A DNA stretch of 64,000 nucleotides from contig CM000208.1 in assembly GCA_000002445.1 (NCBI GenBank), positions 1,888,001-1,952,000 of the forward strand, given 5' to 3'. The notes under the pieces were generated by a model, which had not been told where the DNA came from, ran no database searches, and was given only the letters and a program-made list of their open reading frames with translations. Positions 20,009-29,549 of the stretch are shown in pieces. The stretch comes from Trypanosoma brucei (lineage: Eukaryota). A program made the position numbers and the translations under genes. The stretch's first letter is position 1; every line of letters begins with the position of its first letter.

Positions 20009-21646
20009 TTTTCTGGGCGCCCAATTTCCTTACCCACCGGCTTCACCGAAACGGGAAAAAGGCACGTGTGGTGGATGGGTGTTTTGTCCACCTTCCTTCC
20101 AATGTGGCGAAAAAAGCTGTCGTTCTGCGTGGGAAGGGAGGGTCGCATTTTGGACCGACTGATATGCATGTGGAGGTGGATGGCGAGTCGTGACGCCCGA
20201 AAAGCGGTGATGGTTCTTCGGGAGTTGGAGAAGCGGCGTTTGGGGAACGCTGGGGTCTCCACCCGTTGCGGGAACGGATGGTTTGTGGCCTTCCTAAAGT
20301 GAACAAGCGGAGACCCTCATTGAGGGAATTCCTCTTGTGGCGGTAAAGCGCCTGGAGCGAGGCCGCGGCACAGAGGATATAGGATGATATAGGTTGGTTC
20401 ATTCGGTTGGAGGCCGCTGGTTCCCCCCTAAACTTGGAACTGCAGTTGTACATTTAAAAAGGAGGTCCCTGTCAAGCTTCACCGTGTCGAAAAGAGTTGC
20501 ATCAACACTGGAAGAGAAAAATGGTTTACGGCGCGCCGCCGCCGTCCTCGTTCGAGCCCTCAGCAAATGGACGAATGGGCAGGGAGAAAAGAATCAGGTT
20601 TACTAGTAGAAGGCGGTGCGGCCCACTAAGGCACCTTTTATCATCCGTACTCCGTTTCTTAGCGGTCGCCTGCTCATGAGAATCTCTTCTTTGGTGCAGC
20701 TTGTCCCTTCCTTCCCGCTAACAGCGGACTTGCCCACCTGGTGTATTCCGGCCTTTTATTGCTCACCCCCCTTTGCACCACATGAGGGGACAGTGTGAAA
20801 TCCTTACCCTTCGTTGGGGGCTCATGGATAAGGCACCAGCAGGCGAACGCGCGATGTAGATTCCAATTGTCAGTAAAACCGCACAGACCTACCAACGCGC
20901 GTCGGCTATTTGTCTGGGTCCGTGACATAAGCAACCCCTGAAGGGATGCAGCCCCACAATTGTCGACAATCGCATTTTTAGTCTTTGAAAGAAGAGAAAA
21001 CACTGAGGAGGGAAGTTGCAGTTTCAGCGACGGAAGCGACACCTCCCCAAGGGGAGATAAATACATCAAGTAAAGTGTTACTGTGTCGTCTATTTTATTT
21101 TTTTTACTCTGCCCCATGGCGATGCCTGCCACCTCAACGTGGTGCCAGGGTTCAGTACCCCGTCTCATCGGGGAAGCCAAGAGCCAGCAGCGTTCCTTTC
21201 ATCGGGAACAATGCTTTGCTCCGGCTACGGCATCATACAGCACAGGGATCAGCAGCGCCTTGCTGGGACACCGTTTTTCATTTGTCGGTCCCTGGGCACG
21301 TGCCATCAGCAGTATCAACCGCACTAAGATGCTGCTGTCCGGTGATGTGGAACTCCAAAAAAAAGGATTGCTAATTGACATCTTTGGGAGAGTCCGGGGT
21401 GAGGGGGGCTTCTCTCCCCATCTGCTGTATTCCGTTCAACTGAGGAGCTACAACAAAAAATTATAGAGGGTGTGTTAGGGTGAATAAAAAAAAGGGAGAC
21501 TCTGCCACAGTCGCCAGACCGATAGCACCTCAGGGCTCTACGGTGATGGCTGATGGCCGCGCCAGTGGGGGGAAACTCTCACGAAGGAACGAAGAAAATT
21601 CCGATTTTTTTTTTACTCTGCTGATGATTTTGCTCCGTCATTGCAC

Positions 21647-22396
21647 TTAATTGGCCCTTCGCGTCTTCAGCACGGCCTCCCGTCCCTGCCGCAACCTTTT
21701 TGCTTGGAGGTCTACTCCCCGCTTTTTGGACCTCAACCAAACGTCCTCTGCAGTAGGTGTTTTCTTAACTGACTGGACTCTCTTCATCGTTTGGAACTTC
21801 CGCGCCTTCCTTGACGTGAAGTCGATGGACCTCTCACGTACCTCATCAATGGTTAACAGTTTTCCCTCCAGCTCGGTTACCGCGGGTGCTGCGGGGGATA
21901 CGCCAGTGCGTGTCAATCCCACTCGCCGAACGACACCGGCTGTGTCCGCTCGTCCATCCCATATGCTCGTCAGAATCTCTAGATTATCGCTGTTGGTGAT
22001 GTCTGGTATGACGATTCCTTTGGAGGAGTTGAAATCATCTGCCTCACTTGTTTTCATGGCCTCGAGTATTTTGATACGCCCCGCAGTGGGATTGCGCATG
22101 GATTTCAGAGCCACAATTTCCTCGTCGTTCCGTTTTAGATATTGTTCCGTTAGCACCTGTGCCTCCTCGCGGGAGAACGCCAGTTTAGTCCGCCCCAAGG
22201 CCAAACATTGCTCGCGAAACCAGAAGAAGCGAGCCGCCTCCAGAGCTGCCTTTGCGTTCCGCTTTCCCTTCTGTTCACTAATTCGTTTCTCCCGCCGCGA
22301 CTGCCGCTGCAGTTGCCGCACCTTCCGACTCTTCGGATGCGTCACAACCACTTTGGCATTTCCTTTTCCCGCCATGAGAGCCGTCTGCACACACAA
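21647..22396 (-). CDS. TMA16: Translation machinery-associated protein 16 (TMA16) family protein. Last gene of the right-hand minus-strand array.
   Basis: 249 aa, basic. Remembered TMA16 blocks align: [14 protein letters not shown] ~ [40 protein letters not shown] ~ [44 protein letters not shown] ~ GLEIPDILNASNLKTF. The 253-aa ORF on the opposite strand is Ser/Arg/Phe-rich and reads as an antisense artefact. Confidence 0.65.
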   Translation of the reverse strand: [249 protein letters not shown]

Positions 22397-22517
22397 CCAC
22401 GGTGTTGCTTAATGAGAAATGAGGGGGAGGAGCCGCTGACGGCGTTTAAAAATTGTAAGGTCACTTAGGGCAAGAAAAGAGGGGTTGAGAAAGAGTCTGG
22501 TGCGGGTCACAGGGGGT

Positions 22518-22542
22518 TGTGTATGTGTATGTGTGTGTGTGC
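22518..22542. repeat. (GT)n microsatellite on the plus strand.
   Basis: gtgtatgtgtatgtgtgtgtgtgcg, read directly. Confidence 0.9.
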
Positions 22543-23571
22543 GCGTCAAATTGACAAATGCGTGTAACGATCAGACGGCCACTACGGGCGGGAAACGTGT
22601 GCAAATGGCCATAGCAAACACACACACAAAAAATTACCGCCTCCGATTTTGTATCAAAGGGGTGATAGCGATGACATACTATTAAAAAGCACGAAGGTCG
22701 AAGCCAGAAATTGGCCGCTCCTTGAACGTGTCTTTCACTTCCCCCTCCTTTGCGCCAACTGCATGGGTGAATGAACCCATAACGTAGAACTTTAAGTCTG
22801 CATCGGGAACCGGAGTGGTAATAGAGATGAAGAACACTTCCGCAGCCAGTCAACATGGACACGTTATTTTGCGCTTGTAGGAGCGGCGTTACACCAGCGT
22901 ACGCATCGCAACTTCAGTAGCTGGCTGCTCTCCCAAACGCCTCAGCGCTGTGTTTGAGGGTCGTATCAAAAGTCTTACGCAGATTCCAGCATTTCCTTTC
23001 CCCCTTTTTTCATTTAGTCTGCACCACCTTCCGCGGTGGAATATGGGCCGGACATGCGTAGGAAAGTTAACGCACCTCCCTACACACGGAGTTCAGTAGC
23101 TTGTACAACTGGCAGTGCATTTCGTTCGGCCCCAGTTCGTAGCAAGGCTACAACATCACCATCAGGGCACAGTAGCGGCACAAGGGGTGGACGTAATAGC
23201 GGAAAAACGATTAATACGCCACGGCGACTTCAGTAACATATGTACTACAGCTAGTAACGCTGAGGGTACTGGCGATCAGCGAAGATGATGCACATGCGAA
23301 AAGCGGGAGCATACATCTGGAAACCAACCAGCAGTAGCAGCACAAGGAAAGAGATCGAATAGAGAATGTACATACCTACGGAGGAACAACGCCTCCGGCA
23401 CAATGATCTTCTTATTTCAACATCAACTCTTCCTCCCATGCGTTGGATGCTTAGCTACCCTTTGTTTTGTATGCGCCTTCAACCTGTCAATCCACGTACA
23501 ACACCACCAGGTCAACTTATTTTCTTCCCTCGACCCCCCCTCCCCAAATCCTCTGTAGTATTTCTTTAATT

Positions 23572-25164
23572 TTAGTATTTAGTGTAAGTTAACCCTGGCG
23601 CCGCCTCCTTGCACTCGGTGCAGACAGCACCAATATCTTCGTTCCACCACTTTGGTTTCCGCTCATTGCACACTTCGCAAGGTTCAAACGCCTCTGTCTT
23701 CGGGGCCCGTTGCAGCCGGGGGGCTACGTGCTCGTCAAACGCTTTCGACCGCAAAACGTCAATGGAAAGTTCCTCATCGCCTAATTCCATAAGTCGGGCC
23801 CGTTGAAGGATCTCCTTGATGTCGTTGGAGTCTGTCACCTTCGAGTCGAGGCGCATGATCTCGTACAATGTGTTAGCATCATTTGCCGACTTGACTCGGA
23901 GAATCGAGCTACGGAAGCGCTCAACAACCGCAAGACAGAACTTTATGAGAAAATTGATGCCGCCATCAATAAATAAGTCCAAAAATACGAACAGATCCTT
24001 GAAACTCAGAACGTGGACGCACAGACCGGTGAGGATCTTTTGGAGATAGGTGTCTGGCCAGAACTTAAGGTCTTCAAGATGTTTTGCTACATCGGGGAAC
24101 TTTCTCTTCATAAAATGCTCAACGACCCAGGCACTGGTTGCAAAACCCACGGCCTCGGCTGCCCAATGCCCGGGAATGTATTCCTTTGAAACAAACCGGA
24201 GCACTGCCGCTGTCTCCTCCTCATTTAGCACCAAAAGGCAGATGCCGGCGAGGTAACTCATCGCCTGGCCATACGCCTTAAATTCATGAGACATGGCATT
24301 GAGGAAAGAAACAAACTTCTTCCGGTGATCGGGGTGGAAGAAGGTTCTGTCCGCATCCTTAATGATTACACGAACTGTCTCCTCATCTTCGTCATCGATT
24401 TCAATATACTGAACCGGTTGTCGGTAGAAGGACGCCTTCGTTACCCACCTCTCCAGCCTCCCACGCAGCCCACCTCGGTTCTCCTCAAGAAATCCACCGT
24501 TGAGATTCAACAGTGGACAAAGTGCTTCCACCTCCTCCTCCCAGAAAAGCGGCATGTCGAAGAACGGACCAGTAAAGTACTTGGGTTTACAGTATTTGAC
24601 CTGCTCAGTACGGGGCTTGTCGTTCGTTTTCTCTACGGGTTTTGCCGCCTGGCCGAACCCTTGGAAATTAGGTTTACCAGATGTCTGGCTTCCGGTCGAG
24701 TTCACAGGCGCTTCCCCAAACCCAAAGTTGACGGTGGCGGGGGATTGAGTCGGGAAGGCGGCACTGCAGAAACCAAATATGGACTTTGGTGGCTCTGTGG
24801 GCTGCGGTGGAGCGCTGGGCGGCTGTTTCTCCTGCTGTTTCGGCGCCAAGGTGGCTAAATGCTTGTAGTACGAACCCCAAACATCCTTATCGCCTTCGCC
24901 TGACCGCTCTTTAATTTCTCGCGCCCTTTTGTAGATGAGCTTCAACTCAGCATTGATGACGGCAGCGTTCTTCACTGCCCTTTCCTTGTCTTCGAAGAAG
25001 TTATCCGGTAGTGTCGTGTAGGATTGTGCGAATGATGCGAGCGCTGGGGCATAGCCCCCAAAGCCGTCAAAACACTTTTTCGCCTGTTCCATTTTGAGAC
25101 CAGTGGTTTCCGCGAACTCCTTAAGTGTCCGCGGTTTGTCGGCCTCTAAACCGTTGTTGATCAT
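23572..25164 (-). CDS. TBC-domain Rab GTPase-activating protein with an FG/Pro-rich linker.
   Basis: Arginine-finger-like IIKDADRTF and glutamine-finger-like YGQAMSYLAG motifs. The C-terminal helices (WPDTYLQKILTGLCVHVLSFKDLFVFLDLFIDGG) resemble the TBC core. 530 aa. Confidence 0.55.
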   Translation of the reverse strand: MINNGLEADKPRTLKEFAETTGLKMEQAKKCFDGFGGYAPALASFAQSYTTLPDNFFEDKERAVKNAAVINAELKLIYKRAREIKERSGEGDKDVWGSYYKHLATLAPKQQEKQPPSAPPQPTEPPKSIFGFCSAAFPTQSPATVNFGFGEAPVNSTGSQTSGKPNFQGFGQAAKPVEKTNDKPRTEQVKYCKPKYFTGPFFDMPLFWEEEVEALCPLLNLNGGFLEENRGGLRGRLERWVTKASFYRQPVQYIEIDDEDEETVRVIIKDADRTFFHPDHRKKFVSFLNAMSHEFKAYGQAMSYLAGICLLVLNEEETAAVLRFVSKEYIPGHWAAEAVGFATSAWVVEHFMKRKFPDVAKHLEDLKFWPDTYLQKILTGLCVHVLSFKDLFVFLDLFIDGGINFLIKFCLAVVERFRSSILRVKSANDANTLYEIMRLDSKVTDSNDIKEILQRARLMELGDEELSIDVLRSKAFDEHVAPRLQRAPKTEAFEPCEVCNERKPKWWNEDIGAVCTECKEAAPGLTYTKY

Positions 25165-25688
25165 CTTTGTCTTACGTGTGGCCCCATTGATTACGTTTCG
25201 TGGGACGTGCCGCGGCGACAGGGGTCATGGAAAAAACAAACAAACAAACGGCAAATAGGATGTAGGTGGAGAATAATATTAGGTAAAAGAGACAGCAAGG
25301 AGTTTTTTTTTGTTCTTTCAGCTGGGGAGCCAGATCAATAGGTTGTTCCAGATGGTAAACGGTATGCATACCAAAACATCCCGGGATCCTTCTCTCTCTT
25401 TAATGTTCCCATCTATCCAATGGCAAGCTATGTAACATACACAGTGTGTTTCCCACAGTGAGAAGGGGTGGCTTGCATAGGAGCTGGGGGAAGGGTCGCA
25501 CAGACATATATACGTATATACATATGCACGATATGTGCACCCAGCTCTCCGTGCACATTCCTTCTTTCATCTACTCTTCCTTTCCCTTCCGTCCTCCAAC
25601 ACAGGTCCCTACAGCAGTCAAAGACGTGGTGCAACACAACCGAGGAGAACACGCACACGACACACAGCGTCGCTCAATCCCAACAACT

Positions 25689-27863
25689 TTAAAACATAAT
25701 GAGCCGTTTTATTTCTTTCAGTGGAAGCCGCCGACGCGACCAATCCGTGGTCCCCGGGACACTGTAGAACTTAAAGATAAGTGAATCCATCTGCTTATCG
25801 GTGAACGTCAACCCCATTCGTTCAGTCAGAGCCCTTTTGAAATCTTCCATGGCAAGGTTGCCATCATAACTGGCGTTTGCTTCTTGCTGAAATGCGCGGA
25901 TGAGAAGTGTTCGACGTGCCTCGACGCACGAGATGAGGTTCCTCAGTGCCTCATGCGCTTCCTTCTCCCGATTCTTGTACGCTTCAAGGTCTTGTTGCGA
26001 TCGAAGGGGCCCACTAACGTTGGGGAGACCGTTATCTTTAGTTTGGGAGAAGTCCGAGAGGAACTGCTGGCAGAGGAGATTCTCACAAAACTCTGTCATG
26101 GAAATTATTTGATCATTATCCTTATCCACACTCGCCATCACGCGGTCGAACTCGGCGGCATCCAACCGTCTGCCGCACTCTAAAAACAACCGTTTAAGAT
26201 CCTCACCAGTTAGTCCTTCTTCCCTCGATTTGAAGTGGCGAAAGGCGTCAGTGACGTTCGAGAACCGCTGAAAGATGACGTTCTTCACGTGCCCAATAAG
26301 TTCCTGTGTGGAAAAGTACGATTCATCCATGTGAGGGAAGCCCATTTCAATGTAGCGCTTTGTGCGCTCATCCATATCGATCAACTCGTATTCCGCACCC
26401 GCCAGTTTGACCTTCGCACCCACATATAACTTGCTGGGCTCGGGGATTTCAGCGACGGGGGAACGGGCAAAGCACTTGCCGCCGAGGTGGCCGCTGTTGT
26501 GAACAGGGATTTCATACATCCCCACAGTGTCATCTGCCAGGTAATAGCAAAAGAGAAACTTTCGACCTTCGTCTTCGTAACGATCGCTGACAAGGCGAGC
26601 CGCGAAGCGAAACACGTCGTTGCAGTAATGAATGAGTTTGAGACGATCTTTTTCTACCACTGTATCTTCAAAGGTCATGGTGGAGACTCCACGCGCTTCT
26701 TTCCGTGCTGTTGGTTTTGTTGGCTGCTTCGACGGTTTGACGGTGGGCATAAGGCTGTCCGACTCCGTTTTGGGCTTTGGAAAGGATGGCTGACCAACAC
26801 CTTTTGCTGCGTAGTAATCTCGCGTGAACTTATCGCAATCATATATATAAAACTCTCTAGTCATTAAGTTGATCGTCTGTCCTGTTTGCAAATCATCTTC
26901 CGTAATGTACTCAACTGGTCGTGTGAGCGGGACGTTCAGTGTCTCTGTCTCCTTTACTCTAGTAACGGGGTACTTGGGTATTTTTGTGCGGCGAATGAAC
27001 ACAGGGTTCGGGTCACGACCGTCGTTGCGGACACTCTCCACCATGACAGACATGGTCTTATCCGCGATATAGTACAGAAGTTTGAAAGCCCTCTGCTCCC
27101 AAGTTGCAGCAAAGCGCAACACTTCCCGGTCGTGTTCAAAGAAGTTTCGAGCGGTCTCCCGCTCCTCCGGTGTAAGGAGTGATACGTGAGTTCCCGCCGC
27201 GGTGGCAGCCATGACTTCCACATTGTGCCGTAGGTCCACATGCAGCTCATCCTTAGGGTTCCTTTGCACCAAAACACTCTGCTCGAAGGTGTCACTCGGA
27301 TAGTCAAGGGGCTCCGCCTGCGGTATGCCCATCGCCTCGCAGAATTCACGTGTGGCGCCGTCGCAGTCCACGATGTGATATTGCAAACCTCGTATGTTGA
27401 CCACAGAGCCTACGAACAGGGAACGAACACCGACACCATCAATTATGGTACGAGAGACTGTCAGTCCGCGACGGAGGCCGCTGTTCACAACGGCCGGTGT
27501 TTCATATACACTGATGGACCCATCCGAGAGATGGAGATACATCTTGACCTTTCGCACGCGCATTTTCTCTATCGAGCTCTCGTCCACACGCTCCACGTAA
27601 TATCCAAAGAAACGTAGAGCCTTATCGTCCAGTGACTTCCAATCCGGAAACTTGGCAAATATCTGCGCGGGCTGAAGCCCACCGCAACCATCACCTCCCT
27701 GCTTCTCGCTCCTTTTGCTGGACCCACTGGGGTCGAAAACTGTTCTTATGCCTTTTCGTATGGTGCATAACTGCGGGATCCCATTAGTTGGGGGTGGGTT
27801 AAGCTCAGGGAAACTAAACCCCGGAAGCTTGGGGAGTGCATCATAAATGGTCCGGTCCGTCAT
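25689..27863 (-). CDS. EFHC1/Rib72-like protein with DM10 repeats and a C-terminal EF-hand. Candidate axonemal microtubule inner protein.
   Basis: Three DM10-like blocks (e.g. RFFGYYVERVDES...YLHLSDGSISVYETPAVVNSGLRRG; KFLFCYYLADDTVGMYEIPVHNSGHLGGK). EF-hand loop DKDNDQIISMTEF near the C-terminus. 724 aa. Confidence 0.6.
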   Translation of the reverse strand: MTDRTIYDALPKLPGFSFPELNPPPTNGIPQLCTIRKGIRTVFDPSGSSKRSEKQGGDGCGGLQPAQIFAKFPDWKSLDDKALRFFGYYVERVDESSIEKMRVRKVKMYLHLSDGSISVYETPAVVNSGLRRGLTVSRTIIDGVGVRSLFVGSVVNIRGLQYHIVDCDGATREFCEAMGIPQAEPLDYPSDTFEQSVLVQRNPKDELHVDLRHNVEVMAATAAGTHVSLLTPEERETARNFFEHDREVLRFAATWEQRAFKLLYYIADKTMSVMVESVRNDGRDPNPVFIRRTKIPKYPVTRVKETETLNVPLTRPVEYITEDDLQTGQTINLMTREFYIYDCDKFTRDYYAAKGVGQPSFPKPKTESDSLMPTVKPSKQPTKPTARKEARGVSTMTFEDTVVEKDRLKLIHYCNDVFRFAARLVSDRYEDEGRKFLFCYYLADDTVGMYEIPVHNSGHLGGKCFARSPVAEIPEPSKLYVGAKVKLAGAEYELIDMDERTKRYIEMGFPHMDESYFSTQELIGHVKNVIFQRFSNVTDAFRHFKSREEGLTGEDLKRLFLECGRRLDAAEFDRVMASVDKDNDQIISMTEFCENLLCQQFLSDFSQTKDNGLPNVSGPLRSQQDLEAYKNREKEAHEALRNLISCVEARRTLLIRAFQQEANASYDGNLAMEDFKRALTERMGLTFTDKQMDSLIFKFYSVPGTTDWSRRRLPLKEIKRLIMF

Positions 27864-28035
27864 TAGTGTGGAAGCGCGCCGTTGCTCCTGCCGTCACTCA
27901 GCCCTTATAAATGCAGCATTGGGACAAAGCAAAATAAAGTGCAGACGATATAGGGGGTAAAATGGCACCGCTGGCACCATCAGTGAATTTGACAGCATGA
28001 CAAGAATTTATTGTGCATTACATGGGAGGGCGTCT

Positions 28036-28056
28036 TGTGTGTGTGTGTGTGTGTGT
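28036..28056. repeat. (GT)n microsatellite.
   Basis: gtgtgtgtgtgtgtgtgtgtc, read directly. Confidence 0.9.
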
Positions 28057-28216
28057 CGTACGTTAAGCGCGCCTGCGTTAAAACAGACGCACCCCACAGG
28101 TTGACTCACGATTGGACAGGTGTGGGAATATAAGAACACTTGTGCCTCATTTCCGAAGCCTCAGCTGTGAATGCCGGGGGTGGAAAAAAAAAAAGAAGAG
28201 GAAGCGATCGGGGTTT

Positions 28217-28232
28217 GGGGGGGGGGGGGGGG
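28217..28232. repeat. Poly-G tract of 16 nt on the plus strand.
   Basis: Read directly. Confidence 0.9.
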
Positions 28233-29289
28233 AACGGGACCGCAATCTGACAAATAATAATAGTAATAATAAATTGAAATAAACGATAATTGCAATATAC
28301 ATATGTAGCCGCGTGTCCTTTGGAGGGGGTGAAGCCGCTTCTCAAATAAATAAATGGTACTGTACCTCAATATAATGGCTCCCAGAATAAAAGTAAGGAC
28401 GAACTGGTGCTACCTCCCCTAATTCTTAAGGTCACAAACACCCAAAGTAGAAAAAGAGGAACGAGTGACACAGCGGAAAATTGCCCGCCCCATCCCGGTC
28501 GCACCAATGAATAAATAAGTAGAACAAGTAAATAAATAAAAAAAAATAAATAGATATGTATACGTGCCCATGCGCGTTCGTGAACGTTCGAATTGCGGCC
28601 TCACTGTCCGCATCCCGAACACAAGTTGCGAATTGACGCGCCACTGAGGTGCACACCACTCACACGAACACCGCTTACGGGATGTTGGGGTGGAGAACGG
28701 AAAAAAAAAAAGGGACCCCCCCGTTGTGCTCCACGGGCTCTGCGGAAACCAAATTAACTTAGCATCCGAATCAATAAGGAAAAGAAATATGACAAAACAC
28801 GTAAGTCCTTTGCAAGCCACCAAAGTAAATGATAAAGGAGTGGAACTCTCACCATATTGTATTGTAACGTTCCCGGAGAATAAATCTGTTGGCTCCTTCA
28901 GAAGGAAATGCCCCATTGATTGCGTCCCCCCTGCCTCTCCATATACCGCAGCGTGACGTTTATACGCCATCGAGTAATACTTACGTCAAAAAATAAAATA
29001 AAATAATAACGAACAAACGAACTCAAATATAATAGAACAAAACCAAACTAACAATACGCTTATGTACCCTCCTCTTAGACACACCCTGTCACACTGGTCC
29101 TCTCGAACTTGCCACATATTTGCATACTCCCGCAAACAAGGAGAAAACATAACCTGTTCTTGAAAAGTAGGAAGTAAAGCGTGCCAGAGGGAGGGGCATA
29201 AAAGGCAGAATAGGATCTCGCGCCCCCAACCCAAAGAAACCCTTCATCCCGCATTTTTTTCTACCTTCTTTTTCCTTTCTCCTTCTCAA

Positions 29290-29308
29290 ATTATTATTAT
29301 TATTATTA
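29290..29308. repeat. (ATT)6 microsatellite.
   Basis: attattattattattatt, read directly. Confidence 0.9.
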
Positions 29309-29549
29309 TGTGCATGTACATCTTATGCATGTATGTTTTTTTTCTCTTTCAACTCTTATTGTCCGCACGTGTACCTGCTCGTGTCCCCACGCTACGGAAC
29401 GTGCGGAATGTGCACGGGACCAGCCCATTTGTTTTGTAAGCCCTGCCAAACCCTCCTTCCAAATATTCGCACGATTGCCGTCTTTCCCTTTTTTTTTAAA
29501 AAAATTCTATCCCCATGTTGCATTTCTCAGGTCCATTACCCGATTTTGT

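Noticed and set aside
21651-22412. 253-aa plus-strand ORF fully overlapping the TMA16 gene in antisense.
   Set aside because: The translation is Ser/Arg/Phe/Leu-rich low complexity, typical of the reverse complement of a Lys/Arg/Glu-rich gene. The minus-strand product has recognisable TMA16 blocks and fits the array orientation.
28419-28970. 183-aa minus-strand ORF in the 1.7 kb spacer.
   Set aside because: Low-complexity composition (poly-Phe/Leu from A/T repeats). It spans homopolymer-rich sequence, so it is likely non-coding.
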